A DNA stretch of 64,000 bases from the NCBI GenBank assembly GCA_965249725.1, contig CBDFMQ010000002.1, forward strand, positions 544,001-608,000, written 5' to 3'. The notes under the pieces were generated by a model. It was not told the DNA's origin. It searched no databases and was given only the letters and a program-made list of their open reading frames with translations. How positions within the stretch are numbered: position 1 is the first letter of the stretch; each line of letters begins with the position of its first letter. Source of the stretch: Longimicrobiales bacterium. GTDB taxonomy: Bacteria; Gemmatimonadota; Gemmatimonadetes; Longimicrobiales; Gaopeijiaceae. Positions 50,456-60,653 of the stretch are shown piece by piece. A program made the position numbers and the translations under genes.

Positions 50456-51421
50456 ATGGACGACACATTTCGCAGAGGACCGCTCCTCGTGCTTTCGGGC
50501 AGGGCAAACCGCCCTCTTGGAGCCGAGATCGGAGACATCCTCGGGGAAGATCCCGAATCTGCCACCATTCGCGATTTTGCGGATGGTGAAATCTTCGTCC
50601 GTATAGATAAGAATGCTCGTGGGCGGGACGTCTTCATCATCCAGCCGACCGTCGCGCCTGCCGACAGCATCATGGAGCTGCTCTTGCTGATCGACGCCGC
50701 GACGCGAGCCTCGGCGGCCCGGGTGACAGCGGTGGTTCCGTATTTCGGGTACGGACGTCAGGACCGTAAAGACCAACCTCGTGTGGCGATCGGCGCCAAG
50801 TTGGTGGCCAATCTCATGGTCGCTGCGGGGGCGGACCGCCTGATCGGTATGGACTTCCATCAGCACCAGATCCAGGGCTTCTTCGACATTCCTGTGGACC
50901 ACCTTTACGCTGCGCCCGTTCTGACTCAGTACTTCCTGGACAAGGACCTGCCGGATCTGGTCGTGGTGGCGCCTGATGTCGGTTCAGCCAAGATGGCCAG
51001 AGGCTTCGCCAAACGACTGGGCGGCACCTTCGCCATCATCGACAAGCGGCGACCGGCGGCCAATGAGGCCGAGGTGCTCAACGTGGTCGGTGAGGTCGAG
51101 GGTAGAACCTGCTTGTTGGTCGACGACATGGTCGATACAGGCGGCACACTGGCCAACGCTGTGCAGGCACTCGTTGATCGAGGAGCCCGACAGGTGTATG
51201 CGGGTGCCACGCATGCCCTGCTTTCTGGCAGTGCGGTAGAAAAGCTCGCGGCGGCACCCCTCGAAGAATTCGTTGTGACCAACACCATCCATGTGCCGGA
51301 GGAGCGTCGCTTCGACGGGCTGAAGATACTCTCTGTGGCTAACCTCTTCGCGAGGGCCATCGAGTGCGTTCACGAGAACGAATCCGTGACCCAACTGTTC
51401 GAGTTGGCCAGCGAGACTTAG
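50456..51421 (+). CDS. prs: Ribose-phosphate pyrophosphokinase
   Basis: FADGE, PYFGYGRQDRK, QIQGFFD, VAPDVG, VDDMVDTGGT. Confidence 0.97.
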   Translation: MDDTFRRGPLLVLSGRANRPLGAEIGDILGEDPESATIRDFADGEIFVRIDKNARGRDVFIIQPTVAPADSIMELLLLIDAATRASAARVTAVVPYFGYGRQDRKDQPRVAIGAKLVANLMVAAGADRLIGMDFHQHQIQGFFDIPVDHLYAAPVLTQYFLDKDLPDLVVVAPDVGSAKMARGFAKRLGGTFAIIDKRRPAANEAEVLNVVGEVEGRTCLLVDDMVDTGGTLANAVQALVDRGARQVYAGATHALLSGSAVEKLAAAPLEEFVVTNTIHVPEERRFDGLKILSVANLFARAIECVHENESVTQLFELASET

Positions 51422-51473
51422 CCGAGATCAGTAGTGATCTCCGGCGGAACTACAACAAAGTGGAAGCAAGAAG

Positions 51474-52178
51474 ATGAGTGTTAAAACGGGACTTACGGCG
51501 AAGCGACGCAGTGTGACCGGCAAAGGTGCGGCTCGGAAGATCCGTGCACTGGGTCAGGTACCGGCCGTGATCTACGGCAAGGACCAGGAGCCTATTTCAC
51601 TGACTCTCGATGCCCGAGAAGCCAGCCAGCTCTTCCACTCCATCTCAGTGGATAACACCATCGTCAACGTTCAGGTCGACGACGATGCCGAGGAGTTGGA
51701 AACGCTCGTGCGTGAGATCCAAATGCATCCGTTCCGGCCGGACATCGTGCACGTCGATTTCTACTGCATCCAGAGGGGTGTGGCCATGGAAATCGACGTT
51801 CCGGTCAACTACTCGGGGACTCCCGAGGGTGCGAAGCAAGGTGGTGTTCTGGAAGTGATCCTGCACGAGCTTCGGGTGAAGTGCATTCCGTCCAAGTTCC
51901 CCGAGAGCTTTGAGGTCGACGTCTCCGGGCTGGACGTGGGCGACTCGATCCACGCCAGGGAGATCGAGGTCGACGAAGATGTCGAGCTCTTGACCGACCC
52001 CGTCCGGACACTATGCCTCGTCGCCATTCCGAAGGAAGAGGTTGTCGAGGAAGAGGAAGAGGATCTGGAGTTGGCCGAGGGCGAAGTGGCAGAAGGGGAA
52101 GAGGGAGAAGAGGGAGAAGAGGGTGCCCCCGCTGCCGAGGGCGATGCCCCGGATGGAGACGAGGACTCCGACGGCTGA
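51474..52178 (+). CDS. rplY: 50S ribosomal protein bL25 (Ctc type)
   Basis: GKGAARKIR, VPAVIYG, EIQMHP..HVDF; acidic tail. Confidence 0.95.
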   Translation: MSVKTGLTAKRRSVTGKGAARKIRALGQVPAVIYGKDQEPISLTLDAREASQLFHSISVDNTIVNVQVDDDAEELETLVREIQMHPFRPDIVHVDFYCIQRGVAMEIDVPVNYSGTPEGAKQGGVLEVILHELRVKCIPSKFPESFEVDVSGLDVGDSIHAREIEVDEDVELLTDPVRTLCLVAIPKEEVVEEEEEDLELAEGEVAEGEEGEEGEEGAPAAEGDAPDGDEDSDG

Positions 52179-52201
52179 TCTCGCTCCTCGGATCTCGGGT
52201 C

Positions 52202-52765
52202 GTGAAAGTGATCGTGGGGCTCGGGAACCCCGGGGCCGAATACGACGACACCCGTCACAATGTGGGCTGGTGGGTCGTGGACCGGCTGGCCTACGACTGG
52301 GGATTCGAGTCCTTCGAGAAGCAAGGCCGAAGTCTGCAGGTAGACGGAGTGGTGGGTGATATCGAGACCCGCTTGATGAAGCCTACCACGTATATGAACA
52401 AGAGCGGCGCCGCTCTGATCTCTCTCGCCACGATTCCCGATTTCGACGTGACAGAGGACCTGCTGGTGGTCTCGGACGACGCCGCACTGGATGTGGGTCG
52501 GGTCCGCTTGCGGCCTCGCGGAGGTTCGGGCGGGCACAACGGCCTGAAGTCGATCACGGGTGCCTTGGGCACCGAGGAATACGGACGGCTCCGCGTCGGA
52601 GTCGGGCAGGCCCCGGGGAATATGGACCTCTCCGACTGGGTGCTGTCCCCGATGGACGGAGATGATGAGGATGTGGTCGTGACTCTTCTTCCGGGGCTCA
52701 CAAAGGCCGTCGAGGCCTGGATGAGCGTGGGTATGGAAGAGGCAATGAACGAGTTCAACCAATGA
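52202..52765 (+). CDS. pth: Peptidyl-tRNA hydrolase
   Basis: IVGLGNPG..Y..TRHNVG, KPTTYMN.SG, GGHNGLKS, RLRVGVG. Confidence 0.97.
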   Translation: MKVIVGLGNPGAEYDDTRHNVGWWVVDRLAYDWGFESFEKQGRSLQVDGVVGDIETRLMKPTTYMNKSGAALISLATIPDFDVTEDLLVVSDDAALDVGRVRLRPRGGSGGHNGLKSITGALGTEEYGRLRVGVGQAPGNMDLSDWVLSPMDGDDEDVVVTLLPGLTKAVEAWMSVGMEEAMNEFNQ

Positions 52766-52818
52766 AGCACCAACAATGAAGCACCAACAGTGAAGCACCA
52801 ACAGTGAAGCACGAACCG
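52763..52818 (+). repeat. 14-nt tandem repeat x4 between pth and hppA
   Basis: tgaagcaccaacaa tgaagcaccaacag tgaagcaccaacag tgaagcacgaaccg. Confidence 0.95.
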
Positions 52819-52856
52819 ATGCTGTCGAAGACAATGTCCACCGCACGAGGAACCTG

Positions 52857-54974
52857 ATGAGCCAATTGGTGACGTTTGCAAGCTGGTCCTGGGCGCTCGG
52901 CCTGACGGCGTTGGTCGTAGCCGGGATCATCTACCGCTACATGAAGGGGCAGCCCGTGGGGAGCCAGGCGATGGACGACCTGGCCGACCAGATCTATCAG
53001 GGGGCCATGGCCTTTCTACGACGCGAGTACACGATGCTCGCCGTCTTCGTGGTGGTTGTTGCCGCGCTGTTGGCGTGGGCGGTCTCGGGCCAGACGGCGC
53101 TTGCCTACCTGGTGGGGGCGTTGTGTTCGGTGCTGGCGGGCTTCTTCGGGATGACGGCCGCGACGCGTGCGAACGTGCGCACGTCCGCCGCGGCCAACGA
53201 CGAGGGCCAAGGAAAGGCACTCAGAGTCGCATTCTTCGGCGGAGCCGTCATGGGACTCTCCGTGGCGGCACTGGGTTTGGCCGGAATCGGTGCCCTCTAT
53301 TGGGTCTTCGGCGCGCCTGCGATCGGCGCGGCTGAACATCTCCGCTTCGCCGAGATCATCTCCGGCTTCGCCATGGGAGCGAGTTCCATCGCACTCTTCG
53401 CCCGTGTGGGGGGTGGCATCTACACCAAGGCCGCCGATGTAGGGGCAGACCTGGTCGGCAAGGTGGAGGCCGGTATCCCCGAGGACGATCCACGTAACCC
53501 CGCGACTATCGCGGACAACGTGGGCGACAACGTCGGCGACGTGGCGGGCATGGGGGCGGACATCTTCGAGTCCTACGTCGGCTCGGTTATCGCCACGATC
53601 GCCATCGCCGCCAGTTCGGCTGCCTTGGCCGGCAACGTCGGGAACGCGGTCGCACTCCCGATCGTGACCATCATGGTCGGTCTGGTCGCTTCTCTGGTGG
53701 GCATCGGCATGATGAAGGCTCTCGAGCGCACGGACCCGGCCGCGGCTCTGCGCAACGTGACGTTCATCGCCGCCATACTGTTTATCGCCGCCATGTTCTT
53801 CATCGTGCGTGCGCTGGACTTCCAGATGGTGGAGGGTGCGCGGACCTATCCGGCTCTGGGCCCGTGGTTCGCCATCGTCGCCGGTACCGTGGTGGGTGTC
53901 GCGATCGGTCTCGTCACGGAGTACTACACGTCCTCTAGGCCCGTCCGGAAGATCGCCGAGGCCAGCAACACCGGTGCGGCCACCAACCTCATCACCGGGC
54001 TTGCGGTGGGAATGGAATCGACCGCAATCCCGATGCTCCTGATATGTGTCGCGATCTTCACGTCCCACTGGTCTGCCGGCCTCTACGGGATCGGTATCGC
54101 TGCGGTGGGCATGTTGGCCACGGTGGGCGTAACAATGTCCGTCGACGCGTACGGACCCATCGCCGACAACGCGGGGGGGATCAGCGAAATGAGCGGATTG
54201 GGACCGGAGACGCGCGCCATCACCGATTCGCTCGACGCTATCGGTAACACGACGGCCGCACAGGGTAAGGGCTTCGCCATCGGCTCCGCCGCGCTCACGG
54301 CGCTGGCGCTGTTCTCGGCGTATGCCTCGAAGGTCGGGCTGGCAGAGACGGGGATCAACCTCGTGGACCCGATCGTTGTGATCGGTCTCTTCATCGGTGG
54401 CATGCTCCCGTTCTTCATCGCTGCCCTGACCATGACGGCGGTCGGAAAAGCCGCCCAGGGTATGGTCGAGGAGGTCAGGCGACAGTTCCGCGAGAATCCG
54501 GGAATCATGGATGGGACGTCCAAGCCGGATTCGGCGCGGTGCGTGGCGATCTCGACCGACGCCGCGCTCCGTGAGATGATCCTCCCCGGCGTCGCGGCGA
54601 TCGTCTCGCCGGTGCTGGTCGGTTACTTCTTGGGTGTCGAAGCTCTCGGCGGGTTCTTGGCTGGGGCCACCGTCACGGGCGTGCTCATGGCCCTCTTCAT
54701 GGCCAACGCCGGAGGTGCCTGGGACAACGCCAAGAAGCTCATCGAGGGTGGGGCACACGGCGGAAAGGGCTCCGAGCCTCACAAGGCTGCCGTGGTCGGT
54801 GATACGGTCGGAGACCCGTTCAAGGATACATCGGGGCCCTCTCTGAACATCCTTATCAAGTTGATGAGTGTCGTCTCTCTGGTGCTCGCGCCGTGGTTCG
54901 TACGGGTGCACGAGATCGATGTGGATGGGCAGATCTCCGGACTCATCGGCTGGGTAGCCCGCCTCTTGGGGTAG
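52857..54974 (+). CDS. hppA: Membrane-bound K+-dependent pyrophosphatase, probably Na+-translocating
   Basis: [53 protein letters not shown]. Confidence 0.95.
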   Translation: MSQLVTFASWSWALGLTALVVAGIIYRYMKGQPVGSQAMDDLADQIYQGAMAFLRREYTMLAVFVVVVAALLAWAVSGQTALAYLVGALCSVLAGFFGMTAATRANVRTSAAANDEGQGKALRVAFFGGAVMGLSVAALGLAGIGALYWVFGAPAIGAAEHLRFAEIISGFAMGASSIALFARVGGGIYTKAADVGADLVGKVEAGIPEDDPRNPATIADNVGDNVGDVAGMGADIFESYVGSVIATIAIAASSAALAGNVGNAVALPIVTIMVGLVASLVGIGMMKALERTDPAAALRNVTFIAAILFIAAMFFIVRALDFQMVEGARTYPALGPWFAIVAGTVVGVAIGLVTEYYTSSRPVRKIAEASNTGAATNLITGLAVGMESTAIPMLLICVAIFTSHWSAGLYGIGIAAVGMLATVGVTMSVDAYGPIADNAGGISEMSGLGPETRAITDSLDAIGNTTAAQGKGFAIGSAALTALALFSAYASKVGLAETGINLVDPIVVIGLFIGGMLPFFIAALTMTAVGKAAQGMVEEVRRQFRENPGIMDGTSKPDSARCVAISTDAALREMILPGVAAIVSPVLVGYFLGVEALGGFLAGATVTGVLMALFMANAGGAWDNAKKLIEGGAHGGKGSEPHKAAVVGDTVGDPFKDTSGPSLNILIKLMSVVSLVLAPWFVRVHEIDVDGQISGLIGWVARLLG

Positions 54975-55029
54975 GGGTGCCGACCCTCGGTGGAGGAGGT
55001 CGGCCGCGATGCGGCCGACCTCGAGCGCC

Positions 55030-56232
55030 ATGACCAAGGATCCGAACTTCGAGAACGCCGTGGCGTTCGCTCAGGACCTCATCCGCATTCCCTCGCCCTC
55101 CGGGCAGGAAGCTGAGGTGGCCGAGCGCGTCAGGCGCGAGATGCAGGACCTCGGACTCGACGACATCCGTATCGACGAGGTGGGCAATGTCGTCGGAGTC
55201 GTTCGGGGAGATGGGACGGCCCCACCCGTTCTTCTCAACTGCCACACCGATGTCGTAGCCGAAGGAGATCACGCCGAGTGGGAGTATCCGCCCTTCGGGG
55301 GGGACATCGCAGGCGGCTGCCTCCACGGTCGGGGAGCCATGGACATCAAGGGGCCCCTGGCGCTTCAGACCTACGCCGCTGCCGCCCTGGCCGGGCGTGC
55401 CGCGGGGGACGTCATCGTCGCCCACACCGTCTTCGAGGAGCGCGGCGGCCTCGGTATGAAGCACCTTCTCGAATCGGGTAGTGTGGAGCCGGGTGTGGTC
55501 GTGATCGGGGAGTCGACCCACGGTGACGTCTGTATCGGACACCGAGGCCGTGGAGAGGTCGAGGTCGTACTGCAGGGCCTCGCGGGCCACGCCTCGGCTC
55601 CGGATCGAGCCCACAACGCTCTGGACATGGTGCCCGACGTTCTGGGAGCCGTCCAGGAGTTGGCAGGACACCAGCCGGAGGATCCGGTTCTCGGAGCCTC
55701 GAGCCTGGTGGCCACGGGAGTGGACGTCCTGCCGGAGAGCCGCAACGTCATTCCGGACCGTGTCACGGTCGTCTTGGACTGGCGCGTGCTGCCCGGCACC
55801 GACGCCGAGAGCATGATCTCACAGGTGCGTGAGGCGGTAGCTCGTCGGCTCGGCGCGCTCCCGAAGGGCTTTGAGGTGACCGTGTCGATGGCGCGTGAGC
55901 GACAGGCGGCCTACACCGGGGTGGCACACGAGCGGAGTCTCTTCACTCCGGGATTCCTCATGAATCCGCTGGACCCGGTTGTGGTGGCCGCCGCTGCTGC
56001 CGTTGGACGACGGGAAGCGCCGGATGAGCCAGCCGCCGTGCGTCCCTGGACGTTCGCGACCGATGGGGGATGGAGTCGCGGCATTTTCGGCATCCCCACG
56101 GTGGGCTTCGCGCCGGGGGAAGAACGCTTTGCCCACACGAATAGAGAGCGACTGGACGTGGAGGAGGCGGAGTGGGCCTTCGCCCGATATCCCGACCTCA
56201 TTCTCGCTCTCCAGGACGCGCTCTCCGAGTAG
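55030..56232 (+). CDS. M20/ArgE-DapE family metallohydrolase (YgeY-like)
   Basis: [34 protein letters not shown]. Confidence 0.9.
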   Translation: MTKDPNFENAVAFAQDLIRIPSPSGQEAEVAERVRREMQDLGLDDIRIDEVGNVVGVVRGDGTAPPVLLNCHTDVVAEGDHAEWEYPPFGGDIAGGCLHGRGAMDIKGPLALQTYAAAALAGRAAGDVIVAHTVFEERGGLGMKHLLESGSVEPGVVVIGESTHGDVCIGHRGRGEVEVVLQGLAGHASAPDRAHNALDMVPDVLGAVQELAGHQPEDPVLGASSLVATGVDVLPESRNVIPDRVTVVLDWRVLPGTDAESMISQVREAVARRLGALPKGFEVTVSMARERQAAYTGVAHERSLFTPGFLMNPLDPVVVAAAAAVGRREAPDEPAAVRPWTFATDGGWSRGIFGIPTVGFAPGEERFAHTNRERLDVEEAEWAFARYPDLILALQDALSE

Positions 56233-56310
56233 CATCAGGGGTTGATTCCACGAGTCTCCGTGCGGGGGTGCAAGCGGGGGTACAAAACCCCCCGGCATGG
56301 CCTATATTTA

Positions 56311-56374
56311 CGGGCTCATCCCGCTCCGCCTCTGTGGCGGGGCCCGTGCACTTACGGACCGTGGGAGAAACACT
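56311..56374 (+). promoter_or_regulatory. S6:S18 ribosomal protein leader (autogenous operator)
   Basis: Hairpins gctccgcc/ggcggggc and ccgt/acgg, then GACCGTGGGAG (CC immediately 5' of the RBS stem) upstream of rpsF. Confidence 0.6.
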
Positions 56375-57028
56375 ATGCGGCTGTATGAGATCGTCTACAT
56401 CTTCGATGCGACCCTCGACGAAGATGCGATCAACAAGAAGTTAGAGAAGTTCCACCCCCTCGTGACCGGGAGCGACGGAGAGGTCATGTCCGTCGATCAT
56501 TGGGGTGTCCGCCAGATGGCCTACCCCGTGAAGAAGCAGAAGGCGGGGTACTACGTCGTCGCTCAGGTTCGCTCCACTCCCGATGGACTGCCGGAGTTCG
56601 ATCGGATCCTCAAACTCGATCCCGAACTGATGCGGCACCTCGTGGTGGTGAACGAAGGCGAGCCGACTACAGGAAGGTCGATCCTCGGGGAGCGCCCGGT
56701 CCAGGCCCGCGACGACGACGACGAGGATGATCGACCGGTGCCGGATGAAGCGGCGTCCGAAGAGGGAGATGAGGACACGGTCAGGCGGCAAGGACCTCCG
56801 GAGTTCTCAGGGGGCCGTGGACGTCGGCGTCGGATGGAGGGGCCGGTCATCGAGCTCCTCAACTATAAGGACGTCTCGACGCTGTCTCAGTTCATGACCG
56901 AGCAAGGCAAGATTCTGCCGAAACGAACGACTAAGGTCACGGCTCGCTTCCAACGGCAGCTCGGTACGGCCATCAAGCGAGCCCGCTACCTTGCGCTGAT
57001 TCCGTATTTGAGGGACCACGAGGTCTAG
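56375..57028 (+). CDS. rpsF-rpsR: Fused 30S ribosomal proteins bS6-bS18
   Basis: MRLYEIVYIFD..WGVRQMAYPVKK..GYY (S6), acidic linker, NYKDV..L.QFMTEQGKILPKRTT...QRQL..AIKRARYLALIPY (S18); one open frame, 217 aa. Confidence 0.92.
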   Translation: MRLYEIVYIFDATLDEDAINKKLEKFHPLVTGSDGEVMSVDHWGVRQMAYPVKKQKAGYYVVAQVRSTPDGLPEFDRILKLDPELMRHLVVVNEGEPTTGRSILGERPVQARDDDDEDDRPVPDEAASEEGDEDTVRRQGPPEFSGGRGRRRRMEGPVIELLNYKDVSTLSQFMTEQGKILPKRTTKVTARFQRQLGTAIKRARYLALIPYLRDHEV

Positions 57029-57048
57029 GCCTCCTCGGAGCGGATTTC

Positions 57049-57993
57049 TTGGATTCCACCACGCGGCCGGAGCGCACTTGGCTACGTGCCGCCGCGCTGA
57101 TGCTCATCACGCTGGGGCTCGCTGTCGTCAGCTCCGGCGTGTTGGTGGCCGTGCCGTTTCTGGTTCTCGCCGCCGTGCTCGGTGCTCGCAGGTTTCCGAC
57201 GGTAATGGCCGCGGTACTGGCGGTGGTGGTTACGCTGGGAGCTACGGCCCGCGGCGGCATCTGGTATCTGGAACGGGGATGGACAGTCATCCTGGCCGGT
57301 TTCTTCGTGGTTCTCACGATGCGGTCGCCGGGAAGCAGGTTCTTGCCGCGAGCCCTCGGGGCGGTGGTCGGTACCTTCGGGTTGGTGGCGCTCCTCATGG
57401 TGGTCCGACCGGGGTCGTGGGCCATGGTGGATTGGTTCGTCACCGAGGGGATTATGAGGAGCGTGAGCCTCGCCATGAATCTGGTGAGTGCCTGGGATCC
57501 CGACATGGTGATCCCGACCACCATGGTCAACACGGCGTTCGAAACCGCGGCCCTTCAGGGGCGGCTGTTTCCGGCACTGCTCGGCCTCTCGTCCGTCGCG
57601 GGACTCGGCGTGGCGTGGTGGGGGTATGTTCGACTCGCCACGGAGAGTGATCAGGGACTGGGTCCACTCAAGGACTTTCGGTTCAACGACCACTTTGTGT
57701 GGCTGTTGGTCCTGGGCCTGACTCTGATCGTGTTGGGGCTGGGGGATGCATGGACACGGGCGGGCACGAACGCCGTCGTGTTCATGGGTGGGCTTTACGC
57801 AGTGCGAGGTGTCGCTGTGGTCTTGTTCTTTAATGGTGGCATTTCGCTATTAGGGTTTTTCGCGATGGCGCTCGGCATGTTGGTCTTTGCGCCTTTATTG
57901 ACGATGGGTGCCCTGGTCATCGGCGTCGGCGATACCTGGCTCGATCTGCGAGCCAAAGCCGAAGCGTTGTCCAGCGGCACCACAGACACGTAG
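57049..57993 (+). CDS. DUF2232/YybS-like membrane protein
   Basis: Multiple TM helices; FRFND.FVW; C-terminal G.GDTWLDLR; usual position between rpsR and rplI. Confidence 0.8.
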   Translation: MDSTTRPERTWLRAAALMLITLGLAVVSSGVLVAVPFLVLAAVLGARRFPTVMAAVLAVVVTLGATARGGIWYLERGWTVILAGFFVVLTMRSPGSRFLPRALGAVVGTFGLVALLMVVRPGSWAMVDWFVTEGIMRSVSLAMNLVSAWDPDMVIPTTMVNTAFETAALQGRLFPALLGLSSVAGLGVAWWGYVRLATESDQGLGPLKDFRFNDHFVWLLVLGLTLIVLGLGDAWTRAGTNAVVFMGGLYAVRGVAVVLFFNGGISLLGFFAMALGMLVFAPLLTMGALVIGVGDTWLDLRAKAEALSSGTTDT

Positions 57994-58006
57994 ACGGAGA
58001 CGGTCC

Positions 58007-58465
58007 ATGAAGCTCATTCTGAGGAAGACGGTTGAGACGCTCGGAGGTCAGGGCGACATCATCGACGTAAAGCCCGGTTACGCGCGTAACTACTTGATTC
58101 CCCAAGGCCTCGCCTATCAGGCGAGTGACGTCAACCTGAAGAGGTTGGAGGAAGAGCACGCGCGGGCCGAGGAGAAGGCCAAGCACGACTACCTCGAGGC
58201 ACGCCGACGGGCGGTGCAGCTCGACGGGAAGTCGCTCGTCTTCCACGTCAGGGCGGGGGAGGACGGCAAGCTGTTCGGGTCGGTCACGAACGCCGACGTC
58301 GCCGATCAGCTGAATCAGTTGGAGCTGGATTTCGAGGTGGATCGCCGCACGGTCATACTCGAGGAACCGCTGAAGACGCTCGGCGACTTCGGCGTGCCGG
58401 TTCGCCTGCACAGCCAGGTCGAGGTCGAGGTCCGGGTGCAAGTGGAGCGCGGCGAGGAAGAGTAG
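58007..58465 (+). CDS. rplI: 50S ribosomal protein bL9
   Basis: MKLIL..LG..GD..VKPGYARNYLIP, GKLFGSVT. Confidence 0.97.
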   Translation: MKLILRKTVETLGGQGDIIDVKPGYARNYLIPQGLAYQASDVNLKRLEEEHARAEEKAKHDYLEARRRAVQLDGKSLVFHVRAGEDGKLFGSVTNADVADQLNQLELDFEVDRRTVILEEPLKTLGDFGVPVRLHSQVEVEVRVQVERGEEE

Positions 58466-58484
58466 GCTGCTACTCGAGGGCGGC

Positions 58485-58853
58485 ATGGGAGAACAGGCGA
58501 GCACCGACGTGTCCGAAATCGGCCAAGACGTAGAGCGAGCTGCTGAGCTTGCCCTTGAGCTCAAGGCTGCCGACGTGGTCGTACTCGATCTGCGCGGTAT
58601 TTCGAGCGCGACCGACTACTTCCTGCTGGCCACCGGACAGTCCGACGTCCAGGTGAAGGCGATCGGTGATCACATCATCGGGGAACTCAAGAACCAGGGT
58701 GTCCGGCCCGCCCACGTGGAAGGGTTGGAGGGAGGGCGCTGGGTGCTCATCGACTACATTGACTTCGTGGTGCACGTGTTTCATCCCGGAGCTCGGGAGT
58801 TCTACCAGCTGGAGCTTCTTTGGGGAGACGCCCCCAGACACGAGTTCGAATGA
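58485..58853 (+). CDS. rsfS: Ribosome silencing factor
   Basis: KAADVVVLDL, DYFLLATG, WVLIDY.D.VVHVF, REFYQLELLWGD. Confidence 0.96.
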   Translation: MGEQASTDVSEIGQDVERAAELALELKAADVVVLDLRGISSATDYFLLATGQSDVQVKAIGDHIIGELKNQGVRPAHVEGLEGGRWVLIDYIDFVVHVFHPGAREFYQLELLWGDAPRHEFE

Positions 58854-58997
58854 CCTGCACCAATACCACATACAGGGGCCAAGCCTGTTTACAACACTGC
58901 CGGTCGTCGTGTAGCTTGTCATGTCAGCCCATACGGACTGCATCACGGACGTACGACGGAGGCCGTAATCCAATCCACATCAGGAGCGTAGGGCCCG

Positions 58998-60506
58998 TTG
59001 GATCAGGGCCACTCGCGACTATACCCGTTTGACCCCGGCTCCGGCGATCTGCCGGAGATCGCGGCACCCGGCGTACTTTTTTCCGGCGCCGGGGGAGGTG
59101 TCGTCACCCTCATTGTCGTCCCCGACGTCATCCAATCGTCCTGGAGTCCGGCCGCAGCAGTAGCCGTGGCTCGGGCTTGGTCCGATCAGGGCCACCGTGT
59201 CGTTCTGTTCGATTTGTCGCTGACGAACCCGGTGCTTCACGACGCGTTGGGGCTGCCGAACGCCGTTGGCATTGTCAACCTCGTCCTGCGGGGGGCCTCC
59301 ATACCCGCGGTTGCACAGCAGGCCGGGAGTGCTGGATTCCAGTTCGTGGCCGTGGGCACGCCGGTTGACGATCCCACTGAAGTCACACTGACCGAAGGAT
59401 GGTCGACGTTCGTCGACGAGGTGGGACATGCTCAGGCTACCGTCCTCTTCTATGTACCTGCAGACCTCCCCGGAGTGGATGCCCTGGTGGCCCGGAGCTC
59501 TGCCACCCTTCTCTTGGCGGGCGATCCCACTGAGGCAGAGTGGGTGGCACAATCCTTCGCTCTCGATGAAGTCTCGGGTCTCGTGGCGGAGCGGGGTGAG
59601 GCACCCTCCCCGGCGGCAGAGCCGCCCGATACGTCCGAGGCGGACAGCAACGAGCTCGCTTTTCTGGCCGCCACGCCCGGAGGTGATGGTGAGCGAGAGG
59701 CCGAGGCCACGGTCGTGCACGAGCCGGTAGAGAAGTTCGAGCCCGAAGCCCGGCGCGAAGCCCAGCGCGAGGCCCAGCCCGAGGCCCAGCCCGAGCCGGA
59801 CACACGGGTCGCGCCTGAACCCCTTGAGGAGCCTGAGCCGAGGGTCATCCCGTGGCGGCCCGCCGCTGTGGGGACCATGGTCGGGGTCGGAGCCCTGGTT
59901 CTGTGGAAGATGATGTTCGCCCCAGACGACGCGCTTTCGCCGCCGGTGCCGGTTGAGACGCCCCAGACGACGACAACGTCCGAGGCCTCGTCTGAGCCAT
60001 CGGAGCCGGACCCGCAGCAAGCGTATTCGTTGACGCTGGCTGCCTACGGGTCGGGCGATGCAGCCGGAAGACAGGCTCAGGGGCTGGCGCAGCGACGTCC
60101 GGATCTGCTCTTCATCGTGGCACCGGTGCGGGTGGCCGATCGCGTATACCATCGGGTCCTGGTCGGGCCTGCTGCGGATTCTCTAGGTGCAGAGCGTCTG
60201 CGTGCCTCCCTAGCAGAGACTCTGGGCGGCGATGGCGCGAGTTGGATCGTGCGACCGACTCCGCTCGCGTTCGACTTCGGCGAATTCGATTCGACCCAGG
60301 CGGCGGCGGAGCGCGTCGCCGAGATCGGCAGCGCCGGCATCGGAGCGTATTACTTCGAGGTCTCCCGTTCGGCTGCCCCGATGTTCCGGGTCTACGCAGG
60401 GGCCTACGAGAGTCCTGCAGAGGCCGAGGTCATGAGGGGGGCGTTGGACGCTGCATTGGGAGACGTTCCGACGCTGGGGCCAAGGATCGGGCGATATGCT
60501 CGCTGA
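58998..60506 (+). CDS. SPOR-domain membrane protein with a degenerate N-terminal MinD/BY-kinase-like domain
   Basis: GHRVVLFDLSLTNPVLH..G..N..GI; Glu/Pro linker; TM helix; Y.L.LAAY..YHRVLVGP and FRVYAGAY SPOR-like repeats. TTG start uncertain. Confidence 0.7.
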   Translation: MDQGHSRLYPFDPGSGDLPEIAAPGVLFSGAGGGVVTLIVVPDVIQSSWSPAAAVAVARAWSDQGHRVVLFDLSLTNPVLHDALGLPNAVGIVNLVLRGASIPAVAQQAGSAGFQFVAVGTPVDDPTEVTLTEGWSTFVDEVGHAQATVLFYVPADLPGVDALVARSSATLLLAGDPTEAEWVAQSFALDEVSGLVAERGEAPSPAAEPPDTSEADSNELAFLAATPGGDGEREAEATVVHEPVEKFEPEARREAQREAQPEAQPEPDTRVAPEPLEEPEPRVIPWRPAAVGTMVGVGALVLWKMMFAPDDALSPPVPVETPQTTTTSEASSEPSEPDPQQAYSLTLAAYGSGDAAGRQAQGLAQRRPDLLFIVAPVRVADRVYHRVLVGPAADSLGAERLRASLAETLGGDGASWIVRPTPLAFDFGEFDSTQAAAERVAEIGSAGIGAYYFEVSRSAAPMFRVYAGAYESPAEAEVMRGALDAALGDVPTLGPRIGRYAR

Positions 60507-60653
60507 GGGCCGGAATACGCCGGCTTCATGTGGACCTCATCTAGAGGGTGGGTTACCTTTGCGGCCGTCCAAGCGGGGAGTACGACGGCCCCGTGCTTCG
60601 GGCGCATCGTGCCCGTCGCGGCGCGGAGTTTTGACCATGCGAAGGGTGCACGG

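Noticed and set aside
52040..52175. Purine-rich 9-nt repeats at the end of rplY
   Set aside because: They encode the ordinary acidic tail of Ctc-type L25.
52763..52818. Possible CRISPR array
   Set aside because: Units are 14 nt, directly adjacent with no unique spacers, and there are no cas genes nearby.
53016..55037. 673-aa minus-strand ORF
   Set aside because: Antisense shadow of hppA.
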